Source: Lytechinus pictus
Lineage: Eukaryota
DNA length: 64,000 nucleotides
Direction: 5' to 3'
Assembly (NCBI RefSeq): GCF_037042905.1
Contig: NC_087252.1
Coordinates: 25,670,001 to 25,734,000 of the forward strand
Part shown: in pieces, positions 51,105 to 64,000 of the stretch
How positions within the stretch are numbered: the stretch's first letter is position 1
How the letters are laid out: each line of letters begins with the position of its first letter
Translations under genes and position numbers: made by a program
The notes under the pieces: generated by a model
Told to the model about the DNA's origin: nothing
Seen by the model: only the letters and a program-made list of their open reading frames with translations
Database searches by the model: none

Positions 51105-51257
51105 AAGGAATGTGTCCTCACATTTGTTTTATCCTCACATTGGCAGAGGGATTCGAAACAATTTGACAAAGCAACCAGAATGTATTGAATTATATACATC
51201 GCTGTATTGATCATACTTATAGTTATGTCCTCTTTGTATCCACTCCTCATATGGATA

Positions 51258-51685
51258 CTTTCAATTCAATTCAATTCTTTTATTTCATTTCCATTCAAAA
51301 CATAATACAAAGTAATATAAAGTAATACAAATCAAGTACAATTTTACAGAAGGGCATTCTTACTTCGTAAAAAAAAACAGAAAAAACAGTATAATATAGA
51401 GCATAAATGGAAATGAGGGGGATCCACTAAAAAGCAAAGCTTGTAAAGTGTTGATCCCCCTTGGAAATGAAGAAAGTATAGTTATTACTATATGCGTACA
51501 TATATGTATTACAGGAAAGAAAAAGAAGACAGAAGAAATCATACGGATGCAAATATAATTATACTGAACAAATGCAAAGCTTTTCACACAAATAGTAGAC
51601 TTGTTAAGAGGTTGAACGCTGCATTTTTTAGTACAAATTTCCCACTTGGCACAAATTTTCCTTGAATCAAAAGAAAAAGATTCAC
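51258..51685 (-). mobile_element. 3' fragment of a CR1/L2-group LINE
   Basis: (AATTG)n tail with AATAAA at ~51260-51283; GGGGATC...GATCCCC hairpin at 51418-51460, similar to that at 17663-17704. Confidence 0.7.
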
Positions 51686-53031
51686 CCAAAGAGACACGCT
51701 GTATCTATGCAAATAAGCAAGTAATTTGCATAAATTTGCATATTATGTCGATATAGTAAAAACAAGTATTACAGAATATATATTTAATAAGAACTGCCCA
51801 AAAGAAAATTGGATATAAAGACTCAGGGTAAGAAAGGGAAGAAAATTGTAATAAAATAATTGGGATATCCTTGTTTATTATTACCTAATTTACATAAATT
51901 ATGCAAATTATAATTTAAAACAGAGTATTTTTTCATGAATCCTGAACTGTTAAAAAAAAACAGCAACTAATACACAATGTCAACATTATACATGAAAGAG
52001 AATATATTAGCGAAAACATCGATATGCTTCATGACAGTATCAGTGTCTTAATTTGCTTAGAAAGGGGGCAAATATGTCAAAATGTATGACGTGATATTGC
52101 GCTAAAACGAGACCAAAACAACCTCTATGTCAAGTCACACTCACGAATCGGACAATAAAGCGATCAATGGTATGTCATTCGAGGTAACACAATCCCAACA
52201 CAATAGCTTCCATCGGCTTCTCGTATCGCTTTTGTTTTATTTGTTTCTAATTTGTTTCTCTTTGAAAATTTACAGGAGACATTGCTTTGCAGGTTACTGC
52301 TTTAATGAAAATCTGGCACATGAATCATGACGAGTGTATCCTGCCTCAATCCATATTTTAACTTTATTAAAATATATATCTTTTGGAAACCCCGAAGTGG
52401 CAAAACTGCATCCCCCGGCATTCCCGCCACTTTACAAAACCAGTTTGACTTGTATAATCGACTTGGAAAAGACAGATGTATGAGACATCAGTCAACTTGT
52501 TTCCTGAAGAGTTTTTATTTGTTTATTTAAGCCTACGCCCACGGGAGCCCTTCGAATTTACCCCATCCCCTCTCCGTATTTCGACTATAAATAAATGAAA
52601 TATCGTCGGCAAGGCAAATTGCGTTTTTTGTATATTAATGCAACTTTTATATCTATATTTTTATATTTACATTCATCATTATTGATATTATTATAATCAT
52701 TATTAATATTATTATTATTATTATTATTACTATTATTATTATTATTATTGTTCTGCCGTTTTTAATAGTGCAATAGCACAGTAAAGGCTATAACCAAACA
52801 GGAACATGCCTAGGATATACCCTTTCCCCTTTTGGTTTTATGTATTAAAAAATAGTTTATTGTCTTTAGAACTCTTAAAAGATTACTTTTGTTTGTATTG
52901 ATATCTTGGAATAGATTGAGGAGAAAATACTCTACATCTGACATGTAGAGGAGCTGTGGTACATTTAGGAACAGCCACACAGACCTTTATTGATTCCACT
53001 GTTAAATCGGAAGAAAGATGCATTTCTGCTA

Positions 53032-53755
53032 CACACAGTAAAGCCTCTTTGCGTTCTCCTCTTGAAAAAAAAACATAGAAGGTATTGATTTATATCTCAG
53101 AAAATAAATTTGTGTACGTGACGGTGGCCTGCCGAAGTTGCCCAACCGTTTATTTTGTTTTGACAATTATATTTAGAATATCGTCTAAATGAAGCCCTTA
53201 TCTGGAAAAGGGCACTTATTAAAGGCAGCATCTACATTATATAGAGGAGGCCCTGGCACTGGGAAGAGGGGACTGAAGCTTGTTGAATTTCTTGGGACCA
53301 AAATTTTACATAGAACCTTTTTTGCTTTTCAAATTTACATCAAGAAATTTAACAAACAAATAAAAAAAAAATGCACTACAAAATGAAGTTTTTTGATAAC
53401 GTTCCTTTTTTTTCGTTTTGTCACATCTGCCGGAATTCCAGGGGGTGCTGTCTATGGAGAATAACACACACAGCACCCCCCCCCCTTTCCGGAAAATCTT
53501 GCGGGTGCTTCAGCCCCCGCTTTCAAGTACCAGGGCCTCCTCTAAATAATGTAGATGCTGCCTATAATAAGTGCCGTTTTGCAGATGAGGGCATCCTTTA
53601 GACGATATTCTAAATATATATTGTCAAAACAAAATAAAGGGTTGTGCAACTTCGACTGGCCACCGTCATGTACACGAACTTATTTTATGCGATATAAAAC
53701 AATGCCTTCTACGTTTTTTTTTCAAGAGGAGAAAGTAAAGAGGCTTTACTGTGTG
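53032..53755. mobile_element. MITE with ~250-bp TIRs and TA flanks, inserted in Gypsy pol
   Basis: TA|CACACAGTAAAGCCTCTTT ... AAAGAGGCTTTACTGTGTG|TA. Confidence 0.85.
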
Positions 53756-54310
53756 TAAGAGAAATGGCCAAGATGATGCCTTTCTGTGTAAGTCGACGTC
53801 TATCATTTGATGCTTCAACCATGCCTGCAACATCATCTGAAACCCCATCCAGTACTTTTCCTGTAATGATGCCTTCTCGGTCTGCCGGTATGGTGTACAT
53901 CTCAGTAGCTATGATGCGGAAGCAAGTTCTAGTGTTGTCTTCATGGCGACACTGAACTGAACCCCACTTGTTTTCCATTGTAGCAGTCTCCAAGTTAAGC
54001 CTTGCTCCTAAGTGCAGAAGATTATCCATGCCCAAGACTCCATCGCTACAGATATCAGCGACTATCAGGTTGATCCTTGCCTTCCCCTGGCCTATTATCA
54101 CTTCTGTGTGGATCTTTCTATCCACCTCTAGGTGAGCCGTCTGCAAGCATAACCTTCTCTGTAGTAGCTTGAATCGCAAGTTTCTCTTGTAGTTTCGCAT
54201 AACCTGACTTGGAGATGTATGTATCCGTTGCTCATGTGTCTACCAGAAAACTCAGCTGTGCCCCACTGATAGTGACTGGCACATACATGCCCTTCAGAAT
54301 TCCCTTCTTG
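53756..54310 (-). pseudogene. Gypsy aspartic protease / pol N-terminal relic
   Basis: KGMYVPVTISGAQLSFLVDT*ATDTYIS (DTGA active site hit by a stop), IVADICSDGVLGMDNL. Confidence 0.85.
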
Positions 54311-54479
54311 ATTTCTCCATTGGACCTAGTTGTAACTATTGGCTGTGTGGTATTGGGTGTTGAGGGGCTGGTGCTTTTGGGTTCCACGGCCGCGTCATGC
54401 CCCCCTGGGGCGACCTTACTTCGTTTGTTGAGCTCTGATGTTGTTGCTCGGCTTGGTAAATCTGAGCCTCATATCTCAT

Positions 54480-55583
54480 CCTTTTTTGCACTTTTTCTTT
54501 ATGTGGCCCTTCTTTCCGCAGTAGTAGCAGCTACCATCAAATTTAACTTGAGTTCCCCTGCTGCTGCTGTTGCTTGTCACTAGGTACCACAGTCTGAGAT
54601 TGTGGCTGTATTGCAGTCCTGATGGCCTCTACCAAATCTTCCTTCAAGCTAGCTACCATGGCTTTCACTTCGGAGATTGGTTGAGAAGTTGGTTTTTCTT
54701 CCACATCCTCTGTTGTCATTGGCCTGCTGTACTTAAGTTTTCTTCTGCTCCGCTGGTCCTCAGAATGATGGAAGGCCTCAGGTACCACTGCAGCATGTAC
54801 CATATCATCCAATGTCTTACACTGGTTGTTGAACACTGCCTCTCTAAGCTTAGGTTTCACAAGGGCATCCATGAAATGTCCCTTCGCCAATCTGTCCCGG
54901 ACATCAAAATCCAGCTCTGGGTAGGCCAATGCGGTGAGCTCTCTGATGCTTTGTGCAAGCTCCTTGAGTGTCTCGCACTCCTGTCTCTGTCTTTGCTTCA
55001 GCTCTAGTAGATGATTCTCAGCATGTTTATTGTCTGAGAACCGGTTGGCCAGCATTCTCTTCAGATCATTGAAGCCTACTGTCTGCCTTTGTTCCCGTAG
55101 CAGCCGTAATGCCTGACCTTGTAAGCATGATGCCAGGATCCTCCCCGCTTCTTCATTATCCCAGCCATTCACTGCTCGGCATGAGTCAAAATGTTGGCTG
55201 TAATCTATCCATGATGAACATCCATCATATTTGTCTGGCTTGATAAAGTGGGTACCTCTGGGCTTCTGTTGGGCATCCTGTGATGACCTTGATTTTATCT
55301 TCTGCCCATGTTGGAGTGTATCTTACAATGCTTGATGGATTATGGCCTGGAGCCTACTGTCATCAATTGGAGGGTCTCGCACAGCAGTTGGTTGCACCGC
55401 TGGTGATGCCGTTTTCCTGATAGTATTTGGTACGGGCGATTCAATATGAATGCCTCATTCTGCCACGTAGTATTGGATGGGACTTCCTCCTCCTCAGTTG
55501 ACGATGCTGTTTGAGTAGACCTATCTGTGCTTCCCGAGTACTCCGTTTTCTTTGTCTCCGTCTGGTAGGCTTACTCTGTTCAT
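54480..55583 (-). pseudogene. Gypsy gag relic
   Basis: IKPDKYDGCSSWIDYSQHFDSCRAVNGW...LKQRQRQECETLKELAQSIRELTALAYP; frameshifted CCHC knuckle CYYCGKKGHIKKKC at ~54490-54530. Confidence 0.9.
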
Positions 55584-55646
55584 TAGAGAATAATTAAAGC
55601 AGCTTCTCCATCTTCGCCATCTGTTCCAGATTCCCTCTTGTCCTCC

Positions 55647-55664
55647 ATCCCACTTCTGACACCA
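55647..55664 (-). other. Primer-binding site complementary to a tRNA-Leu 3' end
   Basis: Minus strand TGGTGTCAGAAGTGGGAT, 4 nt inside the 5' LTR boundary. Confidence 0.85.
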
Positions 55665-57899
55665 GTTGTGTGGCGGTCCTCCGTCTTAGAACGGGTCCTG
55701 GATGCTGGGGGGCCAGCCTGTCCCTTGCCTCTATCACCTTCATCTGTTGATGAATTACTAGCCATCCTTAATGCGAGCGGTTTCCGTATATATGGCGTTA
55801 TGTAGAGACCCGGGCGTGTTCCGTTTTCCCAAAATATATGGGGGTGGAGTGTTGAGGGGTAGTGTGAACAGATGACCATAAAATAACAGGGGATTTCTAT
55901 TGGAATTGGATAATCTCTATGGGTAGGCTTATACTGTAGAAGTCAATTGGATTCCATAGATCACACAGATTGGAGACGATGAATACATTTGGTGTATGAC
56001 AACGGTCATATTTTAATTATACATCATCATTCAGCATTTGTACAGGTTATCACAATCAACACCGTCACCAATTATCCAGAATTGTATTTGCAGTAGTAAA
56101 AAATAAGCGAGCAATGTTTCTTTCCAAACCTTTTCTTGATTCAGCCCAGAGGAGAGGAGCGCAGAGAGTTCGTCTTTGAATTCAGACCACAGCCGCCGTC
56201 GAAGTGACGAGGTCACTGTGAAACTCCGCTATTTATAGTCTCCGAGAGCTGCCTTACGCAGTGCGTTGCGTAAGTCGATCATTGAGTTCTAACGTATCAA
56301 AAGCTATAGCGCCATCTATATTTACTGCATTATAACCAAAACCGTAGCGGACGTGTTTGCTACAGTATTATTATTATATATTTTTTATGATTTGTTATTT
56401 CAAAATAACTGGGTCTTGAAGAAAGTCTACGCTATATTTTCAAGTTATTCAACATCAATAAGATTGTGGGGTCTTTGTTAATATTGTTCTTTATGATTTG
56501 CTATTTTGAAATAACTGGGGCTGGAACAAAGATTACACCATATTTCGATGCTATTCAATGTTGAAAAGATTGCGGAGTCTGTTTTTGGTTGTTATAATTG
56601 TTATTGTTTTGTTTTTGAATGATTTTTTTCATAGCTGGGTCTGGAAGAAAGACTATGCTATATTTACATTTTGTTCAACATTAATAAAATCGTGGGGTAT
56701 TTGTGTTTTATTATTATTTGCTATTTGAAATATTTAGGCCTGGAGGAAAGCCTACGCTAAACTTCTATGTTATTCAACATTAAGAAGAATTAATTTTGGG
56801 ATCTTTTTTTGGAAGATTGTTTAAATGTTTTATATAACCGGGTCTGGAGAAAAAAGATTGTGAATTTGTGATATATGAAAGCATTCCTATAGGGTTTTAG
56901 TTTTGGAACAGATTCGCAAAAAATCCTTTCAAATTTATAACATTTGTGGGTAAAGTCATTATTACATTTGTGGGCGATCAAAAATTAATACATTTGTGGG
57001 TAAAGTGCATTAATCCATTTGTGGGTAAGAGTTTTAGTTTTTAGTTTTAAGTAACCGGGTCTGTAGAAAATTCTCAATTTACTCTTAGCGCATTTATTCT
57101 CAATACGCGTCGTATAAGTTAAAACAACAACAAAGACATTAATTCCACCAGTTTTAATTAACTGGGTCTGGAGAAAAGACTAAGCTCATTCTCATTTTTA
57201 TTCCATTGGAATATCATCATCGTGTCTTAGTTTGTACTTGTTATAATTTTTTAAACAACTGGGTCTGAAAAAAGACTTTGGACTTGTATTACCATTTTTT
57301 TAATTCACCGGGTCTGGAAAAAAGACTGCACTTTTTTGCTATATGATCGCATTACTATAGGGTTTTAGTTTTTAGTTACCGGGTCTGGAGAAAATACAAT
57401 GCTTGATTCTCAATTTCTCCTAGCTCATATATTCACATTACACGCCGTATAAGTTAAAACAACAACAAAGACATTAATTCCACCAGTTTTAGTTAACTAG
57501 GTCTGGAGAAAAGACTAAACTCGATTCTCTTTTTTTTTCCACTGAAATATCATCATCATATCTTAGTTTGGACTTATATTATAATTTTTGAAATAACTGG
57601 ATCTGAAAAAAAGACTTTGGACTTATATCATAATTTTTGAACCAATTGGGTCTGGAAAAAAGACTTTGGACTTATATAATGATTTTTTAAACAACCGGGT
57701 CTGGAAAAAGACTTTGGGCTTATATCATAATTTTTTAAATAACTGGATCTGGAAAAAAAATTTTTTTCACTTTTGTGCTATATGAACGTATTACTATAGG
57801 ATTTTAGTTTAAAACGGATTCACCAGACTTTGCACTTTTGTGCTATATGAACGTATAGGATTTTAGTTTAGAACGGATTCGCCAAAAATCCCCTTCAAA

Positions 57900-58090
57900 T
57901 TTATTACATTTGTGGGCGATTAAAAATTATTACATTTGCGGGCGATCAAAGATTATTACATTTGTGGGTAAAGTGCATTATTACATTTGTGGGTAAAGTG
58001 CATTATTACATTTGTGGGTGAAATCACTACATTTGTGGGTAATTAAAGTGTTATTAGATTTGTGGGCGATTACTACATTTGTGGGTGTAA
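57900..58090. repeat. Tandem TTACATTTGTGGG units (also 56935-57030), probably a DNA-transposon end
   Basis: About eight ~22-25-bp units ending GGTGTAAC. Confidence 0.75.
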
Positions 58091-58109
58091 CCCCCCCCCC
58101 CCCCCCCCC

Positions 58110-60140
58110 CGATAGGGCTAGGCCTTGATGTGCCGGCACTTTTTATGTAGCTGATAGAGAATCGAAACGCCTATAAATCTTAATTCTCTAAGTAGTTAAA
58201 AAGGCCTAAATAAATACACACAGTTTTTAACTATACACTATACATTATATATATATAATGGACTATAAAGGGGTATGCTTCAATATTCCAGCACTTCTTT
58301 ACATGTGGCAGATAGATAGATAGATAAGTGGCTTGACTACATAGCAGAACGCCTTTTGCCTCAATGGGGCTGCAAAATTTCATATTTTCCCATCAAAAGG
58401 TAAACTATGCAAAAGGGGTGGGTGATTTCGGCGACCCGCCAAGGGGGTATGCTTCAATATGCCAGCGCTTCTTTATATGTGGCAGATAGAGGAAACTCTA
58501 CTTTTGTCTCCCCGTGGTTTCAAAATAATAAAAGTGGGTTTACTACATAGTAGAAACACTTTTTGCCTTAATGGGGGATCAAAAAATTGCATATTTTTCC
58601 AGAAATGGGTAAAATATGTAAAAGGGTGGGTAACTTCGGCAGTCCCAAGAGGGGGTAGGCTTTGCTGTACCAGCACTTCTTTATATAGCAGATAGAGGAA
58701 ACTCTACTTTTTTCGCCTCCATGTAGTTTCAAAACAATAAAAGTGGCTTTACTACATAGCAGAAACGCTTTTTTGCCTCTATGGGGGCTCCAAACATGGT
58801 ATATTTTCCCATTAATAGGTAAAAATACGTAAAATGTTTGGGTAACTTCGGCAATCCCCAGAGGGGGAATGCTTTGGTGTGCCAGCACTTCTTTATATAC
58901 ACTAAGAAATCCCACTGCAAATGGGGTGTACGATACGTGCGCACACCCCTTAATACCATCAAGGTGCAAGTTGGCTCTTATGCGAGAGTCCGTGTCTGTT
59001 GTACACCCGTGTACTATTTGCGTGCACCCCACCGTTCTCGCTGATAGACGTATGATGTAGATTAAGTAGATTGGTAATCGAAGATTACCCGAAATAACGA
59101 TGCACTATGGCCACACTTTACCGGAGTGAAGTAAATGTTTAAAATATGAAATATTTATGTGATGATAATTGTTTCAAAAACACGTTTGATTACGTATACT
59201 TTTGGAGAATCAGTAAATAGAGCTACTTGAATAAAAAATATCAGCACAAGTAAAACAAATATCGGATCATATCACTAGAGACCTCATCAGGTTTAAGTGC
59301 TTTTCGCTGGCATAACGGGAAGAATCTTGACTACACATAAAACATGGTGAGTTCGAATCCCAACTAAAGTAACAAAAAATTTGGATACAGAAAGTGAATG
59401 GAGCGGAAGTCTCCACAATCTTTTTGCTATTTTAGGTGGGTGTACATTATGCACCCATGCACCCTAAGGGTGCATGGGTGCATAATGGGTGCAAAACAAT
59501 AAACGGGTACACCCTCCAATGTGCAGTTCGTCACACCAAAGGGGTGCACAATGTACACCCCTATTCGGGTGCACCGCTAGGGGTACTCGTATTGGGACAG
59601 GTCTGTGCACCCCTAGGGGTGTAAAATTGAACCCAAACTTCTTAGTTTGTATATAGCACTATTTTTTGTCTCCATGTAGTTTCAAAACAATAAAGGTGGC
59701 TTTACTACATAGCAGAACGCTTTTTGCCTCAATGGGGGCTCCAAAATGGCATATTTCCCCCCAAAATAAGTAAAATACGTTAAAGTGTGGGTAACTTCGG
59801 CAGTCCCAAGAGGGCATAGGCTTGAAAAAACAATAAAAGTTGGTTGAAAACAATAGAAGTTACTTGACTGCAAAGCAGGAAGGTGTTTTCCCCTCAGTGG
59901 GGCTCAAAAATTGCAAATTTTCCAAGAAATGGGCAACATACAAAAAGGGATGGGGGAATTCTGCGGCTTCGTAATAGGAAGGAGGAGTGGGGTAGGCTTT
60001 GCTGTGCCCTCACCTCTTTATAATGTAGCGGATAGAGAAAAGCCTACTGGTTTGTCTCCAAGTAATTTTAATAAAATAAAAGTTGTTTTACTACATAGGC
60101 AAAACACCATCTTGCCACATTGGGGGCTCCAAAAAAGCAC
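58110..60140 (+). repeat. Array of the ~190-bp unit repeat, interrupted by a CACTA MITE
   Basis: Recurrent 'ccagcacttcttta..gcagatag' and 'actacatagcagaa' blocks at ~190-bp spacing. Confidence 0.85.
58900..59649. mobile_element. CACTA-type MITE, TA flanks
   Basis: TA|CACTAAGAA ... TTCTTAGTTTG|TA; TGCACCC/GGGTGCA subterminal repeats. Confidence 0.75.
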
Positions 60141-63100
60141 GATATTTTATAGTCAAGCTACTGATAAGCAAAGGATACCTTTCATGGGCTCTTGCAGGTG
60201 TGACTAAGACACAGAGGTTGCTCTTTTTGTGTTATTTTATCGCAATATCGAGTAATACATGGTATTGCCCTTTAACTAAACAAATTAAGACATTCATACT
60301 GTCATGAAGCGTTTCAATATTCTCGGTAATATATCCTCTTTCGTGTCGAATGATGATATTTTGCAATAGTTGTTGATGTTAATGATTGAACAGATAGATT
60401 TCAATACACATGCATTTTTTGGACCAAAGGCATGACAATTTTGGGATAAATATTCATTTATTTCAAAATATATTAACCGGACTCCCCAGAAGACGATTTC
60501 AACCGATTTCTACTTTCCGAATCATAGTGAAATGTGTATTCATGTAAGATTGTCCCATTGTCAGACCTTGTCCAAAACAAGGAAAATAATTGATTTTCAT
60601 TAAAAATTAAAGTTATCAAACCAAAGTTATCAATTGTGAACCCGTTTGGACACGATTTGGCAAAGGGAACATCAAGATTAATTAACTAGACACTTCATCC
60701 AATACAAAAACGTTGATTAAATATGTATTATGATGGTGCACAGTAACCCCCATTTCCGACTCGACTACAGTCAGTCACAACAATGCAGTCATACATGATA
60801 TAGGTTCGGTGTTGAAAACTAGGCTGAAAACGTAGCCTATAGACTGTATAGTGGGCAATAAATCCTTGCTGAAATCATTTATTTATTAGCAGAGACATAA
60901 TGAAGATCAAAATATGATGTTTGGAAGATTCAATATCATGCAAAATGCAGAAAACATCAATAAAGTAGGCATGTCGTTCGCACACCTCAGCTAAATGGTG
61001 AAAATAGGCCAAACATGCACGATTTCTTTGTACGCACCATATCAAAAAAGGGGGCTGAAACCACAGTCTCTGATGTCATTTGCAATATTAATGACATATA
61101 TTTTCTAAAAGTAGAGATATAGATAAAGAACACAACATTATGCTTGACAGGAAATATATCAAAGGAAGTACACTAAAAAAGAAAATAGATTTCTGAATCG
61201 ATTTTGGACAATTTTTGAAGCAAGAAATCTCCCAAACTAATGATATGCAAATTACACGACGTAATTTGCATATGTTAACAACTGATTATGTTCCCTAAAT
61301 TTTGCATGTCTCTTCTGCATTACTTGAACAATATATTATGAAAGTTTCATAAAGAAACAAGAGTATTTTGGCTATAGAGATATTCTCCTTTGACTTCATG
61401 CTATGTGTAGAATGTCTTAAAAGTGGTGAAATGCATGGGGCCATTTTGTAGTGACGTCTGTTAAGGTCTTAAACTGTAAACTCCTGCTATAGCGTAACTC
61501 GCTCCCTAGCTTATTGAAAATATGTCCAGTGTGTGCGCGCACTGCCTCTGTGTTGTTTGGTACCATTTGTTTGTACACCAACGCACCGGATGCACGCATA
61601 GGATCCACTGCATGTACACGTACACGATCGATCACCTATGATTTTCTCTAAATGAAAAATATGCTGCACTTTTTTTTAATCTCTTATTTTGTGATGAGAA
61701 AGATGTTGTTTTTTTTTTAATGGACTACAACCCCCCCCCCAAAAAAAAAAAAAAACGTAACCAGTTGAAAAAGCATAACCCATACAGAGTGTTTGTGCGT
61801 GAATATTTTACAAATTAGATTAACATACATTTAAAAAGTAAAAGCAGGGGCAGCTCTGAACATATTTTCGTTTGGAGGGGGGGGGGCAAAGACAAAAAGA
61901 GTACTTAGTATGTCAAGATTTGCATTTTGGTGCAAACGTACATGTTACCATGACACTTCCCTCTGCATGAAGTAGTTGGATGTTTTGTAGTAATTTATAG
62001 GTTGAGGAGAGTCTTTTGAACTCAGTGATTTCTGAGATATATAGGCTCTTTTCCGCGAGGGAGTATAGCTTGCAAGCGCTTTGGAAAAATTTCAAATCTG
62101 AAGTTGCAAAATCCGCTTCATGGTGCTAATCAGTTTTAAAATAAAAGGGCATAATTTCGAGTTATTTAAGTGCGAATCGCGACCTCAAAATTTTTTGTCA
62201 CCAGAAACATGAATACCTTTGATGCTAACGCGAAACGCGAGAAAATTGTAAATAATAGAAACTTAGACACTGGACATTCTAAACATTTTAAAAACCGTAA
62301 ACAGGATAAGTACTACCTTAATGAATAATGATAATTGATGGAGCGCGAAGCACGAGCCAAACATTTAGTGATGTTTTAACCTAAAATGTATTATTTTACT
62401 TCTTAAAAAGTATATTGTTAGAAAAAGACATATTTCATTTAAAAAAGACCTCTATTTTGGAAAAAAAAAATAGTTTCCTATGGTTATTTTTAGGGGGACA
62501 AGGCGGAGAGGGGGGCAATTGGGGGCATGTGCCTCCTTTTCCATGTGGGACTAAATGATCAACAGAAAGCACTGAACTATCAATAAAAATATGAATTGTC
62601 CAATATATAGATTATTTTATGAAAATTACAAGTGATAAGGATAAGGAAGTATTAAAGAGGAGAAAATTATCCCATTATTTTCTTTGTGTAACTTAACGAT
62701 GAAATGACAATATCTTTTTGCAATTAAGATATTTTCGTTAATTAGGATTAAATTCTGGATTTCATTAGATGATAGTTTAAAGGTTCCCCAAAGCTTGCAT
62801 AGCTTTAAACAAAAATTGAAAAGCACATTGTTTTCCAAATACATAAACCTCAACAGTGACTGACTTGAAGAATCATTTTCTCTCTCTCTCTCTCCCTCTT
62901 TCTTTTACTCTTACATCAGCTTTTTCATTTTATTTATTTTTGCACTAATATGCACAATAATATAATTCAATTTGTGCGTGTCATTTGTAGTTACATCCTA
63001 TATGTAACATTGTAAGTGTTCAGTGTATGCAGTCATGAAAACAGTGTTTGGCTAATTATGTATTTTACTTTACGAAAAACAAATTATATGCCTACTATTC

Positions 63101-63707
63101 GTCATGTTCATATTTTCGGGATCTAGGGACCTTCTCCCCGACTTACTGCACTTAGTTATTTAATACTTTGCTAATTTTCTATACAATGATCACTTTTTGA
63201 AATTGACATTTTAATCCAATTGTTCTTTGTTTATCATGTATGTATGTATGTATTATTGTGAATTATAATTATTCTCCAGTTATTACTATGAATTTGTAAA
63301 TGAAACAATGCAAATCAAATCAAAGTATGGTACCAATAAAGATATATTGTACATCTTTCCTCCTGCGTTGTGCTCGCTTGTTTTATTTTTAGATACATGC
63401 AGGTAAGTTTTGTAAAGAAAATGATTTGGCACATTTGGCGAGTACGATGACAAAATTGTAATTCTGATACCTCATGGCCCATTCTACATTCGATTACAAG
63501 AAAAAAAGATACCCCCCCCCCAAAAAAAAAGAAAACAATCCTGGACTCGCACTTTAGTCTATAACTTGTTTCAAAATTGAAAGTCCCCTTTTTGCAAAAT
63601 GATGTATGCAGCCATTTTCTGTTCTCTTGTTTTTCGCAAAACTTACAAGATACTTACATATTTTAAAATATAAAATGCATATTTCAGTAAGCAACAAATA
63701 TCACTCC

Positions 63708-63756
<49 letters not shown>

Positions 63757-63787
63757 ACATAACTTGGTGCGAGGTCATCTGTTCGGA

Positions 63788-64000
63788 AATTTCAGAAAAC
63801 TATTAAAGGCGACTCCTCCATTTCGAGGCCATTTGTAAAATGAAATGTCTTGTATCTTTTGTATAGGCACTCATGAATCATGAATGCAGTTAATATATAT
63901 ATTAACTGCATTCATGAGTGCCTATACAAAATATACAAGACATTTCAATTTACAAATGGCCTCGAAATGGAGGAGTCGCCTTTAATAGTTTTCTGAAATT
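63788..64000. repeat. Near-perfect spacerless palindrome running off the window end
   Basis: Centre at 63897/63898; arms 110 and 103 bp, the difference being a TCATGAA duplication on the left. Confidence 0.92.

Larger units (their letters stand above)
30712..56364 (-). mobile_element. Decayed Gypsy LTR retrotransposon with nested insertions
   Basis: TSD GTAT at 30708-30711 and 56365-56368. 5' LTR 55669-56364 (TG..CA). 3' LTR in pieces 30712-30760, 39806-40323 and 50932-51091. PBS, PPT, gag and protease relics are present; RT and integrase were not seen. Confidence 0.92.
21170..57900. mobile_element. Outer host repeat element made of CCAGACCCAGTTA units, in three pieces (21170-21988, 30124-30711, 56365-57900)
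   Basis: Units are forward on the left and reversed (aactgggtctgga) from ~30410 rightwards. The unit 'aagattgtgggg.ctttgt..' continues across the LTR insertion point. Confidence 0.6.

Noticed and set aside
51685..52502. Second Helentron-like element on the minus strand
   Set aside because: An AAACAAG start and gtctc motifs are suggestive, but the paired subTIR/hairpin is too weak to call.
53032..53755. Transib/RAG-like element because of CACAGT near the ends
   Set aside because: No CACAGTG heptamer-nonamer layout and no 5-bp TSD; flanks are TA.
54209..55007. Plus-strand ORFs of 124 and 145 aa
   Set aside because: Antisense shadows of the Gypsy gag/protease region.
60180..63700. Further MITE-like fragments (e.g. 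~60740-61395, 61846-62540)
   Set aside because: Only single or eroded ends visible, no paired TIR and TSD, no coding signal.

Overview
AT-rich animal genomic DNA with spliceosomal GT-AG signals; the repeat content resembles a marine invertebrate such as a sea urchin (inference). There is no intact host gene. The window is a deeply nested transposon stack that can be reconstructed from target-site duplications (TSDs). A decayed Gypsy LTR element (30712-56364, TSD GTAT, tRNA-Leu PBS) has its 3' LTR split by two insertions. The first is a 9-kb long-TIR DNA element carrying a decayed LRR gene and a nested EnSpm-like element. The second is a young, near-intact 10.6-kb I/Nimb-type LINE (gag-like ORF1; APE-RT-RNaseH ORF2) whose 5.4-kb 3' region holds an antisense CpG-promoter, multi-exon cassette ahead of a LINE-like 3' stem-loop and tail. 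Also present: an 8-kb EnSpm-like element with its own spliced, apparently non-coding cassette; an Academ-like element holding several LINE relics (one with a 132-bp flanking duplication); a Harbinger relic with a spliced MADF pseudogene; a truncated GVIN/URGCP-like GTPase exon; another decayed LRR gene; and many MITEs and hairpins. Family names come from motif recognition only; no database search was run.
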